Shown: positions 1 through 9,071 of the stretch, in pieces
Layout of the letters: the number at the start of each line of letters is the position of its first letter
Numbering within the stretch: the first letter of the stretch is position 1
Sequence record: SRR31156797_3965
Strand: one strand, 5' to 3'
Length of the DNA stretch: 42,739 bases
The notes under the pieces: model-generated
Databases searched by the model: none
The model's input: the letters and a program-made list of their open reading frames with translations, nothing else
Told to the model about the DNA's origin: nothing
Translations under genes and position numbers: made by a program

Positions 1-29
1 CCTACTAAAATTACTTTGTTTACTGACAT
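1..29 (-). CDS. ssb: Single-stranded DNA-binding protein, 5' fragment (runs off the window)
   Basis: Reverse complement reads ATG TCA GTA AAC AAA GTA ATT TTA GTA GG = MSVNKVILVG, the typical SSB N-terminus. It lies directly downstream of mutY, as is usual in Bacteroidota. Not in the ORF track. Confidence 0.85.
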
Positions 30-64
30 AGTTTTTATGTTTTTGTTAAAAAATCCGTACAAAG

Positions 65-1117
65 TTATATGAATTTTTCTTCCTTATTCAAAAAAATATC
101 GGTTAATCTTGAAACAGGTTTAGTATGTATTCTATTTAAATTAGTATCTAATTTAATTTTTTTTGGTTTTTGGGTTAAATCCATAATTATGAAAGTAGCG
201 AAAATATGTTGGTGGGTTAAAATATGCTTAATCTGGTCTGAAAAGCGTATTTTTTTGATATCATTCTCATTAATTCCCCATTTCTTATTAGCAATTTCTA
301 AAAGATCCTCTCCATTTAAAGCTATCTGCGATTCATGCAATGGAAATTCAAAAAGTCCTTTCCAAATATCATTACCTGTACGTTCTTGTAGGCATGTTTC
401 ATTATTATGCACAAACACATAATAGTAAAAAAAGCGTTTACGTACCTTTACTTTTCTTTCTTTATAGGGTATATTGTATTGAGTGTTTAGTTTTTTTGCT
501 TCACAAAATAAAGCTAAAGGGCAAAAATCGCATTTAGGATTCCGAGGTAAACAAACTGTAGCTCCAAGCTCCATGATAGCCTGATTAAAATCGCCTGATC
601 TTTTATTATCAATCAATTCATTTGCTAAATCCGTGATTAACTTTACAGTTTTAGCATTATCAATAGGCTTATTTATATTATATAAGCGTGAAAAGACTCT
701 TTTTGCATTACCGTCAATGGCAGCCACTGATTCATTAAAAGCAATGGAAGCTATTGCAGCAGCAGTATATGGTCCAACACCCGGAATTTTTATAATTTCA
801 TTATAAGTATTAGGGAATTCTCCTTTTAATTCATTCATTACATATTGTGCTCCTTTATGAAGGTTTCTGGCTCTTGAATAATAACCTAAACCCTGCCACA
901 ATTTTAGCACATCCTGTTGATTTGCCTCTGCAAGCGCTTTAACATTTGGAAAAGTTTCAATAAATCTTAAAAAATAATTCATACCCTGATCTACCCGAGT
1001 TTGTTGAAGAATTATTTCAGAAATCCATATATTAAAGGGGATTTTATTTTCGCGCCAGGGCAGATCACGCTTATTTTTGTCGAACCAATCCAATAAATAT
1101 TTAGAAAACTTAATCAT
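65..1117 (-). CDS. mutY: A/G-specific adenine DNA glycosylase MutY
   Basis: Motifs RDLPWR, WISEIILQQT, WQGLGYYSRARNL, HhH (IPGVGPYTA), DGN and the 4Fe-4S motif C-x6-C-x2-C-x5-C. ATG at 1117 preferred over the track's TTG at 1147. Confidence 0.96.
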   Translation of the reverse strand: MIKFSKYLLDWFDKNKRDLPWRENKIPFNIWISEIILQQTRVDQGMNYFLRFIETFPNVKALAEANQQDVLKLWQGLGYYSRARNLHKGAQYVMNELKGEFPNTYNEIIKIPGVGPYTAAAIASIAFNESVAAIDGNAKRVFSRLYNINKPIDNAKTVKLITDLANELIDNKRSGDFNQAIMELGATVCLPRNPKCDFCPLALFCEAKKLNTQYNIPYKERKVKVRKRFFYYYVFVHNNETCLQERTGNDIWKGLFEFPLHESQIALNGEDLLEIANKKWGINENDIKKIRFSDQIKHILTHQHIFATFIIMDLTQKPKKIKLDTNLNRIHTKPVSRLTDIFLNKEEKFI

Positions 1118-1225
1118 GGCACGAAAATAGTATAAAAAGACTTGCAAAATTGCTGCAAAAATTACTTTTTCAAAAAGTTAGAAAAAATTTACCGCCGTAT
1201 CTTTCTTATTTTGAAATGAAAAATA

Positions 1226-1233
1226 TATATTTG
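1226..1233 (+). promoter_or_regulatory. Bacteroidota primary-sigma -7 element upstream of HU
   Basis: TATATTTG matches TAnnTTTG, about 53 nt before the HU ATG. Confidence 0.6.
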
Positions 1234-1286
1234 CAGTCCGTTTGATAGAGAATTGATAATTAATTGATAATAAAAACGTTTTAGTA

Positions 1287-1577
1287 ATGACGAAAGCAGA
1301 TATCGTAAACGAAATCTCAAAAAACACAGGAATTGAGAAAGTAACCGTTCAAAAAACGGTTGAAGCAATGATGGAAACTGTTAAAAGTTCCTTAGAAAAA
1401 GGTAATAATGTATATCTTAGAGGCTTTGGTAGCTTTGTAGTTAAAAAACGTGCTCAGAAAACTGCACGCAACATTTCTAAACAAACTACTATAATCATTC
1501 CTGAGCATTATATACCATCGTTTAAGCCATCAAAGAGCTTCGTAACTAAGGTGAAAGATAATGTGAAGGTTAAATAA
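1287..1577 (+). CDS. hup: HU/IHF-family nucleoid DNA-binding protein
   Basis: MTKADIV...VYLRGFGSF...ARNI...PSFKPSK signature; 96 aa, basic. Confidence 0.95.
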   Translation: MTKADIVNEISKNTGIEKVTVQKTVEAMMETVKSSLEKGNNVYLRGFGSFVVKKRAQKTARNISKQTTIIIPEHYIPSFKPSKSFVTKVKDNVKVK

Positions 1578-1592
1578 GAAAATTGAATAGTT

Positions 1593-1685
1593 ATGCCAAG
1601 CGGAAAAAAGAAAAAGCGTCATAAGATGTCGACGCACAAACGCAAAAAGCGTCTAAGAAAAAACAGACATAAGAAGAGGAAATAA
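1593..1685 (+). CDS. Small basic protein, bS22-like 30S ribosomal protein (AURKAIP1/COX24/mS38-like), 30 aa
   Basis: ATG..TAA ORF translating to MPSGKKKKRHKMSTHKRKKRLRKNRHKKRK. It resembles the Bacteroidota bS22 pattern (MPSGKKRKRHK..THKRKKR) and sits between HU and rng. Below the ORF-track size cutoff. Confidence 0.88.
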   Translation: MPSGKKKKRHKMSTHKRKKRLRKNRHKKRK

Positions 1686-1711
1686 CTTTTTCTTACTTGA
1701 AAATTTTACTG

Positions 1712-1748
1712 GAACCTAAAGAGCGTCTGTTCTTTAGGTTCTTAGTTT
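1712..1748 (+). terminator. Stem-loop between the bS22 gene and rng (weak terminator or processing hairpin)
   Basis: GAACCTAAAGAGC-gtct-GTTCTTTAGGTTC, 13-bp stem with one G.U pair, followed by an imperfect T-tract. Confidence 0.6.
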
Positions 1749-1772
1749 ACACCAAAAGCGAAATCTTTTTTT

Positions 1773-3323
1773 GTGGAAAATAAGGAGTTAATAGTTGATG
1801 TTTCCAGCAACGAAATCTCAATCGCATTGCTGGAAGATAAAAGATTAGTCGAGTTAAACAGGGAATCATCAAATAATCAATTCTCTGTAGGTGACATTTA
1901 CCTTGCTCGAGTTAAAAAAATTATGCCGGGACTTAACGCGGCATTTGTAGATGTAGGTCATAAAAGAGATGCCTTTTTGCATTACCTTGACCTTGGTCCA
2001 CAATTCAGATCACTTGCAAAGTATGTTCAAATTGCTTTGCAATCAAAACCATTACCTCCATTAAGCCGATTTAAACGAGAAAAAGACATTGATAAAAACG
2101 GAAAAATCAGTGACGTTTTAAAAGGCGGACAACAAATTATTGTTCAAATTGCTAAGGAACCCATTTCCACGAAAGGACCAAGGTTAACAAGCGAAATTTC
2201 TATTGCAGGAAGAAACCTTGTATTAATGCCTTTCTCCGATAAAGTATCCATTTCACAAAAAATTAATAACTCTGAAGAAAAGGTTCGTTTAAAGAATCTC
2301 CTTAATTCAATTCGACCTAAAAACTACGGAATTATTGTTCGCACAATGGCTGAAAAGCAAAAAGTTGCTGAGCTTGACACTGAATTAAGAGAATTAGTAG
2401 AAAAATGGGAAAAATCTGTTTTCAAGCTTAGAAAAGCCCGCCCTCCAAAAATGGTATTGGGTGAAGTAAGCAGAACAACAGCCATTTTAAGAGACATTCT
2501 GAATGATTCATTCAATCATGTATATGTAAATGATCAGAATGTTTACAACGAAATAAAAAACTACATAGGGAACATATCACCAGATCAACAAAAAATTGTG
2601 AAGCTTTACTCAGGCAAGACTCCAATTTTAGATCAATATGGTGTAACCAAACAAATTAAAACAAACTTTGGTAGAACTGTTCCAATGAAAAAAGGCGCCT
2701 ATCTGGTTATCGAGCACACTGAGGCACTACATTCCATTGATGTAAACTCCGGCAACAGAAATAAAGATGCCACCAATCAGGAAGAAAACGCCATTGATGT
2801 AAATATGGTTGCTGCAGAAGAAATAGCTCGTCAGCTTAGGCTCCGGGATATGGGCGGTATAGTGGTAGTTGACTTTATTGATATGCAAAAAAATGAGAAC
2901 AAGCAACAGCTGCTTGATCACATGAAGCAATTAATGACGAAGGACAGGGCAAAACATCATATATTACCACTAAGTAAATTCGGGCTAATGCAAATTACCC
3001 GACAAAGAGTTAGGCCAGAAACCAATATAAGTACTATTGAAACCTGCCCTACCTGTAAAGGAACAGGTGAAATTCAACCTCCGGTGCTTATAATAGAAGA
3101 AATTCAAGACAAAGTCAGGTATGGAAAAATCAAAAAGCCAAAAGGGAAAATTGAACTCCGCGTTCATCCATTTCTGCATGCTTTCCTCACAAAAGGTTTT
3201 TTTAGCAAAAGTTTTATTTGGAAGCTAAAATACAACAACCGACTGATTATCAATCCCGATCAATCATACACTTACCTTGAATACAATTTTTTCGATCGTA
3301 AAGGGAATATGCTGAATTTGTAA
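1773..3323 (+). CDS. rng: Ribonuclease E/G family (Rne/Rng)
   Basis: S1 domain (GDIYLARVKKIMPGLNAAFVDVG), KEPISTKGPRLT, IDVNSG, RLRDMGGIVVVDFIDM and Zn-link CPTCKGTG; GTG start. Confidence 0.95.
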   Translation: MENKELIVDVSSNEISIALLEDKRLVELNRESSNNQFSVGDIYLARVKKIMPGLNAAFVDVGHKRDAFLHYLDLGPQFRSLAKYVQIALQSKPLPPLSRFKREKDIDKNGKISDVLKGGQQIIVQIAKEPISTKGPRLTSEISIAGRNLVLMPFSDKVSISQKINNSEEKVRLKNLLNSIRPKNYGIIVRTMAEKQKVAELDTELRELVEKWEKSVFKLRKARPPKMVLGEVSRTTAILRDILNDSFNHVYVNDQNVYNEIKNYIGNISPDQQKIVKLYSGKTPILDQYGVTKQIKTNFGRTVPMKKGAYLVIEHTEALHSIDVNSGNRNKDATNQEENAIDVNMVAAEEIARQLRLRDMGGIVVVDFIDMQKNENKQQLLDHMKQLMTKDRAKHHILPLSKFGLMQITRQRVRPETNISTIETCPTCKGTGEIQPPVLIIEEIQDKVRYGKIKKPKGKIELRVHPFLHAFLTKGFFSKSFIWKLKYNNRLIINPDQSYTYLEYNFFDRKGNMLNL

Positions 3324-3394
3324 TTGCATGATTTTTGCTACAAGATAAAACTGTTTTGTAACATATTATTCATGAAATTTCAAACTACTTCGCT

Positions 3395-5404
3395 ATGAAA
3401 AGAGTACTTGGTAGGTTGCTAATTTTAGCAGCTTTTCTACTTCCACTATCTGTTTCTGCACAGGTACTAGAACCTGTAAAATGGTCGTTTAGTAAAGAAA
3501 AACTGGATGACAAAACCTATGAATTGTTTTTCAAGGCTACTATTGATGACAACTGGCATGTATATGACCTTACACTACCCGAAGGAAATATATCATTACC
3601 AACCGTTTTCAGATTCGAACTTAGTGGTGAAGCAAAACTAATTGATTCAGTAATTAGGCACTCCGAAGTGCTAGAAGAAATGGATGAGTTAGCCGGTGTG
3701 CCAACTCGCTACTATGCTAAAGAAGCTATTTTTTCTCAAAAAGTTGAAATAAATAGCCCCACAGATACTGTAAAAGGATTTGTGGAATATATGGTTTGTG
3801 ATGATGAGCAATGCCTTCCCCCTACTGAAGAAGGACATACATTCACATTTGAACCAGACCAAAAAAAAACATCCGGTGAAGATGACACCCTATTTTGGTT
3901 CTTCCTTGTAGCATTTGGAGGAGGTTTACTGGCCATTTTTACTCCTTGTGTATTCCCTATGATACCAATGACAGTATCGTTTTTCATGCATTCAGGTGAT
4001 AGTAAAGCCAGATCAAAATTTCAGGCAACTGTATTCGGAGTTTCAATAATTGCAATATATGTAATACTAGGAACACTGGCAGCCATTCTATTTGGGCCTG
4101 CTTTTGCCAATTTCTTAAGTACTCACTGGTTACCTAACGTATTATTCTTCCTGATTTTCTGGTTCTTCGCAGCCTCATTCTTTGGAATGTTTGAGTTAAC
4201 TTTACCAAGCTGGATGGCAAGCAAATCTGATAAGCAAGCAGATAAAGGTGGAGTAGGTGGCGCATTTTTCATGGCCTTAACACTAGTAATTGTATCATTT
4301 TCATGTACAGCACCAATTGTAGGATATATTTTAGTAGAATCCGCTGGTGGTCAGATATTAAAACCAATTATTGGAATGCTTGGATTTGCATTGGCATTTG
4401 CGCTCCCGTTTAGCTTTTTTGCCTTCTTTCCACGTTACCTTAACAAAATGCCTAAATCCGGCGGTTGGTTAAATTCCGTTAAAGTTGTACTTGGATTTAT
4501 TGAATTAGCTCTTGGTCTAAAATTCCTATCTGTAGCTGATATGACGTATGGCTGGGGACTTCTTGATCGTGATGTTTATATTGCACTTTGGATTGTAATC
4601 TTTACACTAATGGGCATCTATCTTCTTGGTAAAATCAAATTTGCTCATGATTCGGATGTGAAACATATAAGTGTGCCAAGGCTCTTATTAGTAATTGCTA
4701 CATTTACATTTGTTGTTTATTTAATTCCAGGTATGTGGGGAGCACCACTTAAAGCACTATCAGGTTATTTACCACCAATGAAGACACATGATTTCGATGT
4801 AAATCGAATTGTACGTGATAATGTTAAGCTTTATGCTAATCAGATTATCGAATCTAATAATAAAGTTCAACAAAGCAATGGCAATAGTGTATTTGGAAAT
4901 GTTGGATTCACCCCTTCGAATTCTGAGGAATGTGAAGACCCAAAATATGCCGACAAACTTGAATTGCCTCATGGTCTGGAAGGATATTTCGATTACGATC
5001 AGGGAATGAAATGTGCTAAAGCTCAAAACAAACCTGTATTTATTGACTTTACAGGCCATGGATGTGTAAACTGTCGCGAAATGGAGGCTAATGTATGGTC
5101 AGATCCAAGAGTATTAAAATTACTGAGAGATGAATATGTTATCATTGCACTATATGTAGATGATAAAAGAGATTTACCAAAAGAAGATTGGTATGAAAGT
5201 AAATACGATGGCAAAATGAAAAAAACTATCGGGGCTAAATTTGCTGACTTCCAAATTACACGTTTTAATGTCAATGCTCAACCATATTATGTATTGTTAG
5301 ATCATAATGGTGAAACACTAACAGATCCAAGAGCATACGATTTAGATGTGCAAGCATTTATTGACTTTTTAGAAGAAGGTGTGAAAAACTTTCAGAAAAA
5401 ATAA
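3395..5404 (+). CDS. dsbD: Thiol:disulfide interchange protein DsbD
   Basis: Signal peptide; N-domain CDDEQC; TM domain with TPCVFPMIP and SFSCTAP; C-terminal thioredoxin fold FTGHGCVNC. Confidence 0.92.
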   Translation: MKRVLGRLLILAAFLLPLSVSAQVLEPVKWSFSKEKLDDKTYELFFKATIDDNWHVYDLTLPEGNISLPTVFRFELSGEAKLIDSVIRHSEVLEEMDELAGVPTRYYAKEAIFSQKVEINSPTDTVKGFVEYMVCDDEQCLPPTEEGHTFTFEPDQKKTSGEDDTLFWFFLVAFGGGLLAIFTPCVFPMIPMTVSFFMHSGDSKARSKFQATVFGVSIIAIYVILGTLAAILFGPAFANFLSTHWLPNVLFFLIFWFFAASFFGMFELTLPSWMASKSDKQADKGGVGGAFFMALTLVIVSFSCTAPIVGYILVESAGGQILKPIIGMLGFALAFALPFSFFAFFPRYLNKMPKSGGWLNSVKVVLGFIELALGLKFLSVADMTYGWGLLDRDVYIALWIVIFTLMGIYLLGKIKFAHDSDVKHISVPRLLLVIATFTFVVYLIPGMWGAPLKALSGYLPPMKTHDFDVNRIVRDNVKLYANQIIESNNKVQQSNGNSVFGNVGFTPSNSEECEDPKYADKLELPHGLEGYFDYDQGMKCAKAQNKPVFIDFTGHGCVNCREMEANVWSDPRVLKLLRDEYVIIALYVDDKRDLPKEDWYESKYDGKMKKTIGAKFADFQITRFNVNAQPYYVLLDHNGETLTDPRAYDLDVQAFIDFLEEGVKNFQKK

Positions 5405-5424
5405 TCTCATAACCGAATTTCTTT

Positions 5425-5467
5425 CTGAGATGCATCAATCATAATACTGATGCATCTCAGCTTTTTT
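5425..5467 (+). terminator. Rho-independent terminator after dsbD
   Basis: CTGAGATGCATCA-N10-TGATGCATCTCAG perfect 13-bp stem, then CTTTTTT. Confidence 0.85.
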
Positions 5468-5514
5468 AAGCACTACTTTATCAAACATTTTATGGAATAA
5501 AGCACAAACTTTAT

Positions 5515-5522
5515 TAGCTTTG
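5515..5522 (+). promoter_or_regulatory. -7 promoter element for the sensor phosphatase gene
   Basis: TAGCTTTG (TAnnTTTG) 35 nt before the TTG start. Confidence 0.55.
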
Positions 5523-5557
5523 TTTATAGAATTTGCTTGAAACTAACTCATTAGAAT

Positions 5558-8059
5558 TTGAAAAAACTTACTATAATATTCATTCTCAATTTATTGTTGG
5601 CATCCAATGTTTTCAGTAATCATAAAGTGGATTTATGGATACTTGAAGATAGTATGCATATATACCAACCAGAGGATATTATTAAACAATTTCCGCAGCG
5701 ATTTCAAATTCTTGAAAATTATAATCTAAATTATGGCCTAAGTTTAAATGAATATTGGATTGTTGTTGATATTGAAAATGTTAGCGATAGTGAATTTAAT
5801 GGTAGACTAGTTATAGACTTCTCACTAATCAATCACCTTCAATTATATGAAATTCAGGGGCTTAACTACAAGACAATTGATGAAAAAACAAGCACTCATG
5901 CCCATATTTTTGAAGTTAAAGTTTTACCTAGTTCCAAAAAACAATATTTACTTAATTTCAAAGGAGATGGCATGCCTTTGATCGTACCTTTACATGTCAA
6001 CGATTATAATAGTTTTCTATCCTCTGAATTAGCTCATACTTTTACACATGGTGGTTTCTATGGAATTATTCTTTTTTTATTTATAATAATACTTCTTGTA
6101 AATATCTTCCAGCGAAATCACTTATTCAGATATTTACTGATCTACACAACCATTACAATATTGTTTTTTGCCTTTCGTGATAGTTTACTCTCAAAATTTG
6201 GTTTTATAAATATAGCTTCCATCGAGTTCAGTTTGTACTTATCGATGATCCCTTTATTGATTCCAATATTTGAACAGTCAATAAAGAAATATTTTAAAGA
6301 TCTAGACCTTAATTATTATAATAAAAAAAGGACAAAAGCGCTTCATTTAATCTCTGCGCTAATTATATTGGTCTTGGTATCAAGATTATTCCCTCAAAAC
6401 GTGAATTTTCTTATCTCATATAGCTATGTACTAATATCATTACCAATAATACTTTCCAGTTTAATAAAGAAAGAACTTCTTTCAAGAAAAACAACTATTT
6501 CAATTGTAGGAGCCCTTGGAGTCTTGTTCATTGGGTTTACAATTGATTTGTTTCATAAAACAGGACTTCTATCTAATAGTTTTTTTACAATTCATATACT
6601 AAAAATCACCTATTTAGTTCATATTGTAATTTTCCTTATTGGTGTATTTGAAAGATTCCAGGTTTTACGTAAAAAATCCCAATTATTCAATCAACAGCTC
6701 TCTGATTTAGTAAAAGAAAAAACAACTGAAATAGATCAGCAAAATGAAGAATTAAAGGTTCAAACTGAAGAACTTTCAACTCAAAAAGAGGAACTTGAAT
6801 CACAAAAAGAAGAATTACAGACTCAAAAAGAAATACTTGAGGATCAGAATAAGAAACTTGAAAAACTAAATTTAGCTGCCTCAAATACTGAAAATGTAAT
6901 TTATATCTTTAATCCAAAAGGCAAGTTACAATGGTTTAATGCCTCATTCTCAAGCCAATTGGGTATGTCATATGAAAATTACCTTAAAACAGAATCTGAA
7001 TTTGATATTCGAGACTTAAGTCATTACGAGCATATCAATGAAGTTGTAGAGAAAATTATCAAAGAAGAAATTTCAATAACCTATGAGTCAGTAATTGAAA
7101 AGGATGATCAAACCCATTATTACCAAACAACTTTAACTCCAGTCAAAAGTGAAGGTAAATTAAAATACATTGTTGCCATAGACACTGATATTTCTAAATT
7201 AAAAGTTTATGAAGAAAAAATAATTAAGCAACAAAAGGACTTTGAAGAACAAAAAAATATTGCCATTAAAAAGCGTAAAGAGGTAGAATTACAACAACTT
7301 GAGATTACTGATAGTTTAAATTATGCCAAACGTATCCAAACAGCTATTCTACCTTCTGCAAAAAGCATAAGTCGATTCTTCCCGGAAAGCTTTGTATTAT
7401 TTATGCCCAGAGATATTGTAAGTGGTGATTTCTATTGGTTCCATAGAATTGAAGATAAATACATATATGTAGTAGTTGACTGTACAGGTCATGGTGTACC
7501 AGGAGCATTTATGTCAATAATAGGCACATATTTATTAAATAATATTATCATTCAAAATGGTGAAACCCGTCCGGGTGAAATATTAAAGCAGCTCAATCGT
7601 AAATTAAAAATCTCTCTTAAAAACACAGACCCGCAAGAACAAACCAATGATGGTATGGATGTGGCTCTGGTAGTAGTTGATAAAGCAAAAGACACGCTCA
7701 GTTTTGCTGGCGCCTTACGCCCATTATTCCTGTTTCAGGATAATAACTTTATTGAACAAAAAGGTGATAAAATACCAATTACAAGTGCCATTGCCGGCAA
7801 TACAATGGCAAACTTCAATGAATATACATATAATATAAAAGAAGGTGATTCTTTCTATTTATTCTCCGATGGAGTTGTTGACCAGTTCGGAGGTCCCAAA
7901 AACAAAAAATTTCTAACTAAGAGATTGAAACAGGTAATATTTGATTCTCAAATGTATGATATGAATGAGCAAAAGAGAATAATCCAAAAATCATTGATTG
8001 ATTGGAAAGGCAAAAATCTGCAAATTGATGATATTCTGGTAGTTGGGGTGAAAATCTAA
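5558..8059 (+). CDS. Membrane sensor Ser/Thr phosphatase: 7TM-DISM extracellular + 7TM, coiled coil, PAS, SpoIIE/PP2C (RsbU-like)
   Basis: Signal peptide, periplasmic region with YW motif, about 7 hydrophobic helices, EEL heptads, PAS-like segment. PP2C motifs YAKRIQ, PRDIVSGDFYW, DCTGHGVPGAFMS, DGMD, FSDG and IDDILVVG. Confidence 0.88.
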   Translation: MKKLTIIFILNLLLASNVFSNHKVDLWILEDSMHIYQPEDIIKQFPQRFQILENYNLNYGLSLNEYWIVVDIENVSDSEFNGRLVIDFSLINHLQLYEIQGLNYKTIDEKTSTHAHIFEVKVLPSSKKQYLLNFKGDGMPLIVPLHVNDYNSFLSSELAHTFTHGGFYGIILFLFIIILLVNIFQRNHLFRYLLIYTTITILFFAFRDSLLSKFGFINIASIEFSLYLSMIPLLIPIFEQSIKKYFKDLDLNYYNKKRTKALHLISALIILVLVSRLFPQNVNFLISYSYVLISLPIILSSLIKKELLSRKTTISIVGALGVLFIGFTIDLFHKTGLLSNSFFTIHILKITYLVHIVIFLIGVFERFQVLRKKSQLFNQQLSDLVKEKTTEIDQQNEELKVQTEELSTQKEELESQKEELQTQKEILEDQNKKLEKLNLAASNTENVIYIFNPKGKLQWFNASFSSQLGMSYENYLKTESEFDIRDLSHYEHINEVVEKIIKEEISITYESVIEKDDQTHYYQTTLTPVKSEGKLKYIVAIDTDISKLKVYEEKIIKQQKDFEEQKNIAIKKRKEVELQQLEITDSLNYAKRIQTAILPSAKSISRFFPESFVLFMPRDIVSGDFYWFHRIEDKYIYVVVDCTGHGVPGAFMSIIGTYLLNNIIIQNGETRPGEILKQLNRKLKISLKNTDPQEQTNDGMDVALVVVDKAKDTLSFAGALRPLFLFQDNNFIEQKGDKIPITSAIAGNTMANFNEYTYNIKEGDSFYLFSDGVVDQFGGPKNKKFLTKRLKQVIFDSQMYDMNEQKRIIQKSLIDWKGKNLQIDDILVVGVKI
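6746..6838 (+). repeat. Imperfect 21-bp tandem repeat encoding heptads EELKVQT/EELSTQK/EELESQK/EELQTQK/EIL
   Basis: Units start at 6746, 6767, 6788, 6809 and 6830. Confidence 0.8.
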
Positions 8060-8065
8060 GTTTTT

Positions 8066-8548
8066 TTAATCGGTTATTGATTTCTTTGATAATCGTTCAT
8101 GATAATCATTGACCAAAATTAATGCAGCAGAGCCATACCAGGGTTTAAGCTCCATTGAAAGCGTCCCAGCCTGAATGGCGGGATCCGTTTCTGTTAATTT
8201 TCTAGCTTCTTCAATTGATCTTACATTAAAAATATATATCCCCCTAATATCACCGCTATCTAAAAAAGGTCCCGCTACAACCAAATGGCCTTCCTTTGCC
8301 ATTTTCTGAATATTTTCTAAATGAGCTTTTTGCAATGCTGCAGCACGTTCCTTTGAAACGGTATCATTATCTCCTCTCCTAAGGAAAGCCATCACATATT
8401 GTTTCATTCCATAATCATCAGCTCCAACTTTTTGAGCAAGGATAGAATCAAATCCTTTTGGATCCTCATTCAGGCTTTTTTTAGCCAATTGCTGGTCACA
8501 AGCAATAAAGAATAATCCAACAATTATAAAAACTATTATATATTTCAT
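8066..8548 (-). CDS. YciI-family protein, probable lipoprotein
   Basis: Lipobox-like FFIAC; AHLENI, LVVAGPF, GIYIFNV and TDPAI YciI-like motifs. Confidence 0.75.
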   Translation of the reverse strand: MKYIIVFIIVGLFFIACDQQLAKKSLNEDPKGFDSILAQKVGADDYGMKQYVMAFLRRGDNDTVSKERAAALQKAHLENIQKMAKEGHLVVAGPFLDSGDIRGIYIFNVRSIEEARKLTETDPAIQAGTLSMELKPWYGSAALILVNDYHERLSKKSITD

Positions 8549-8558
8549 TTATAGGAAT

Positions 8559-8993
8559 TTATTGTTGTTCTACAAAATTTTTAAAATCAACAAGGTATTT
8601 TTTCGATTGTTTCTTGAAAGCACCGGGCATAAACCATCCCATCAATTTCATAAAACCCTTGAATACAAACTCTTGATCATTATGAACCAGGGTCTTAGTA
8701 TCAGATAAAGCTTCAAATCTATTTCCAACCTCATTATACACAGCACCTGCTTTATAGCTAACTTTATATTCATCTGGAAGATTATTTTTCAGCACCTGTT
8801 CCTCCATTTCCATTTCTCTCTTTCCCATTTTAAAATGAAAATTCGAGATTGTTCCTTCTTTTCCAAAATCACCTTTAATAACTTCATGTTTTTGCAATCC
8901 TTTCATCCATTTTGGATAATGTTCAGGATTATTAAATAGCTCAATAACCTTATTTTTGGGTTTATTGATTTCAATGCTTACTGTATATTTCAT
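8559..8993 (-). CDS. SRPBCC (START/Bet v1) family protein
   Basis: N-terminal 'SIEINKPKNKVIELFNNPEHYPKWM' and C-terminal helix 'LVDFKNFVE' typical of SRPBCC; ATG at 8993. Confidence 0.8.
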   Translation of the reverse strand: MKYTVSIEINKPKNKVIELFNNPEHYPKWMKGLQKHEVIKGDFGKEGTISNFHFKMGKREMEMEEQVLKNNLPDEYKVSYKAGAVYNEVGNRFEALSDTKTLVHNDQEFVFKGFMKLMGWFMPGAFKKQSKKYLVDFKNFVEQQ

Positions 8994-9022
8994 AATCAAT
9001 TAGTTAGTTATATGTCATAAAC

Positions 9023-9054
9023 AAAAAAAGCCACTGAAAAGTTTCAGTGGCTTT
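9023..9054 (-). terminator. Rho-independent terminator of the Omp28/T9SS gene
   Basis: AAAGCCACTGAAA-ag-TTTCAGTGGCTTT inverted repeat; the A-tract on + gives a U-tract on -. Confidence 0.85.
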
Positions 9055-9071
9055 AGTAAAATTGTAATATG

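Noticed and set aside
1118-1147. N-terminal extension of MutY from TTG at 1147
   Set aside because: The ATG at 1117 gives a typical MutY start; the extension runs into the divergent promoter region
6746-6838. 21-bp periodicity as a possible CRISPR array or VNTR
   Set aside because: In-frame, degenerate at synonymous positions, with no spacers and no cas genes; it is a protein heptad repeat
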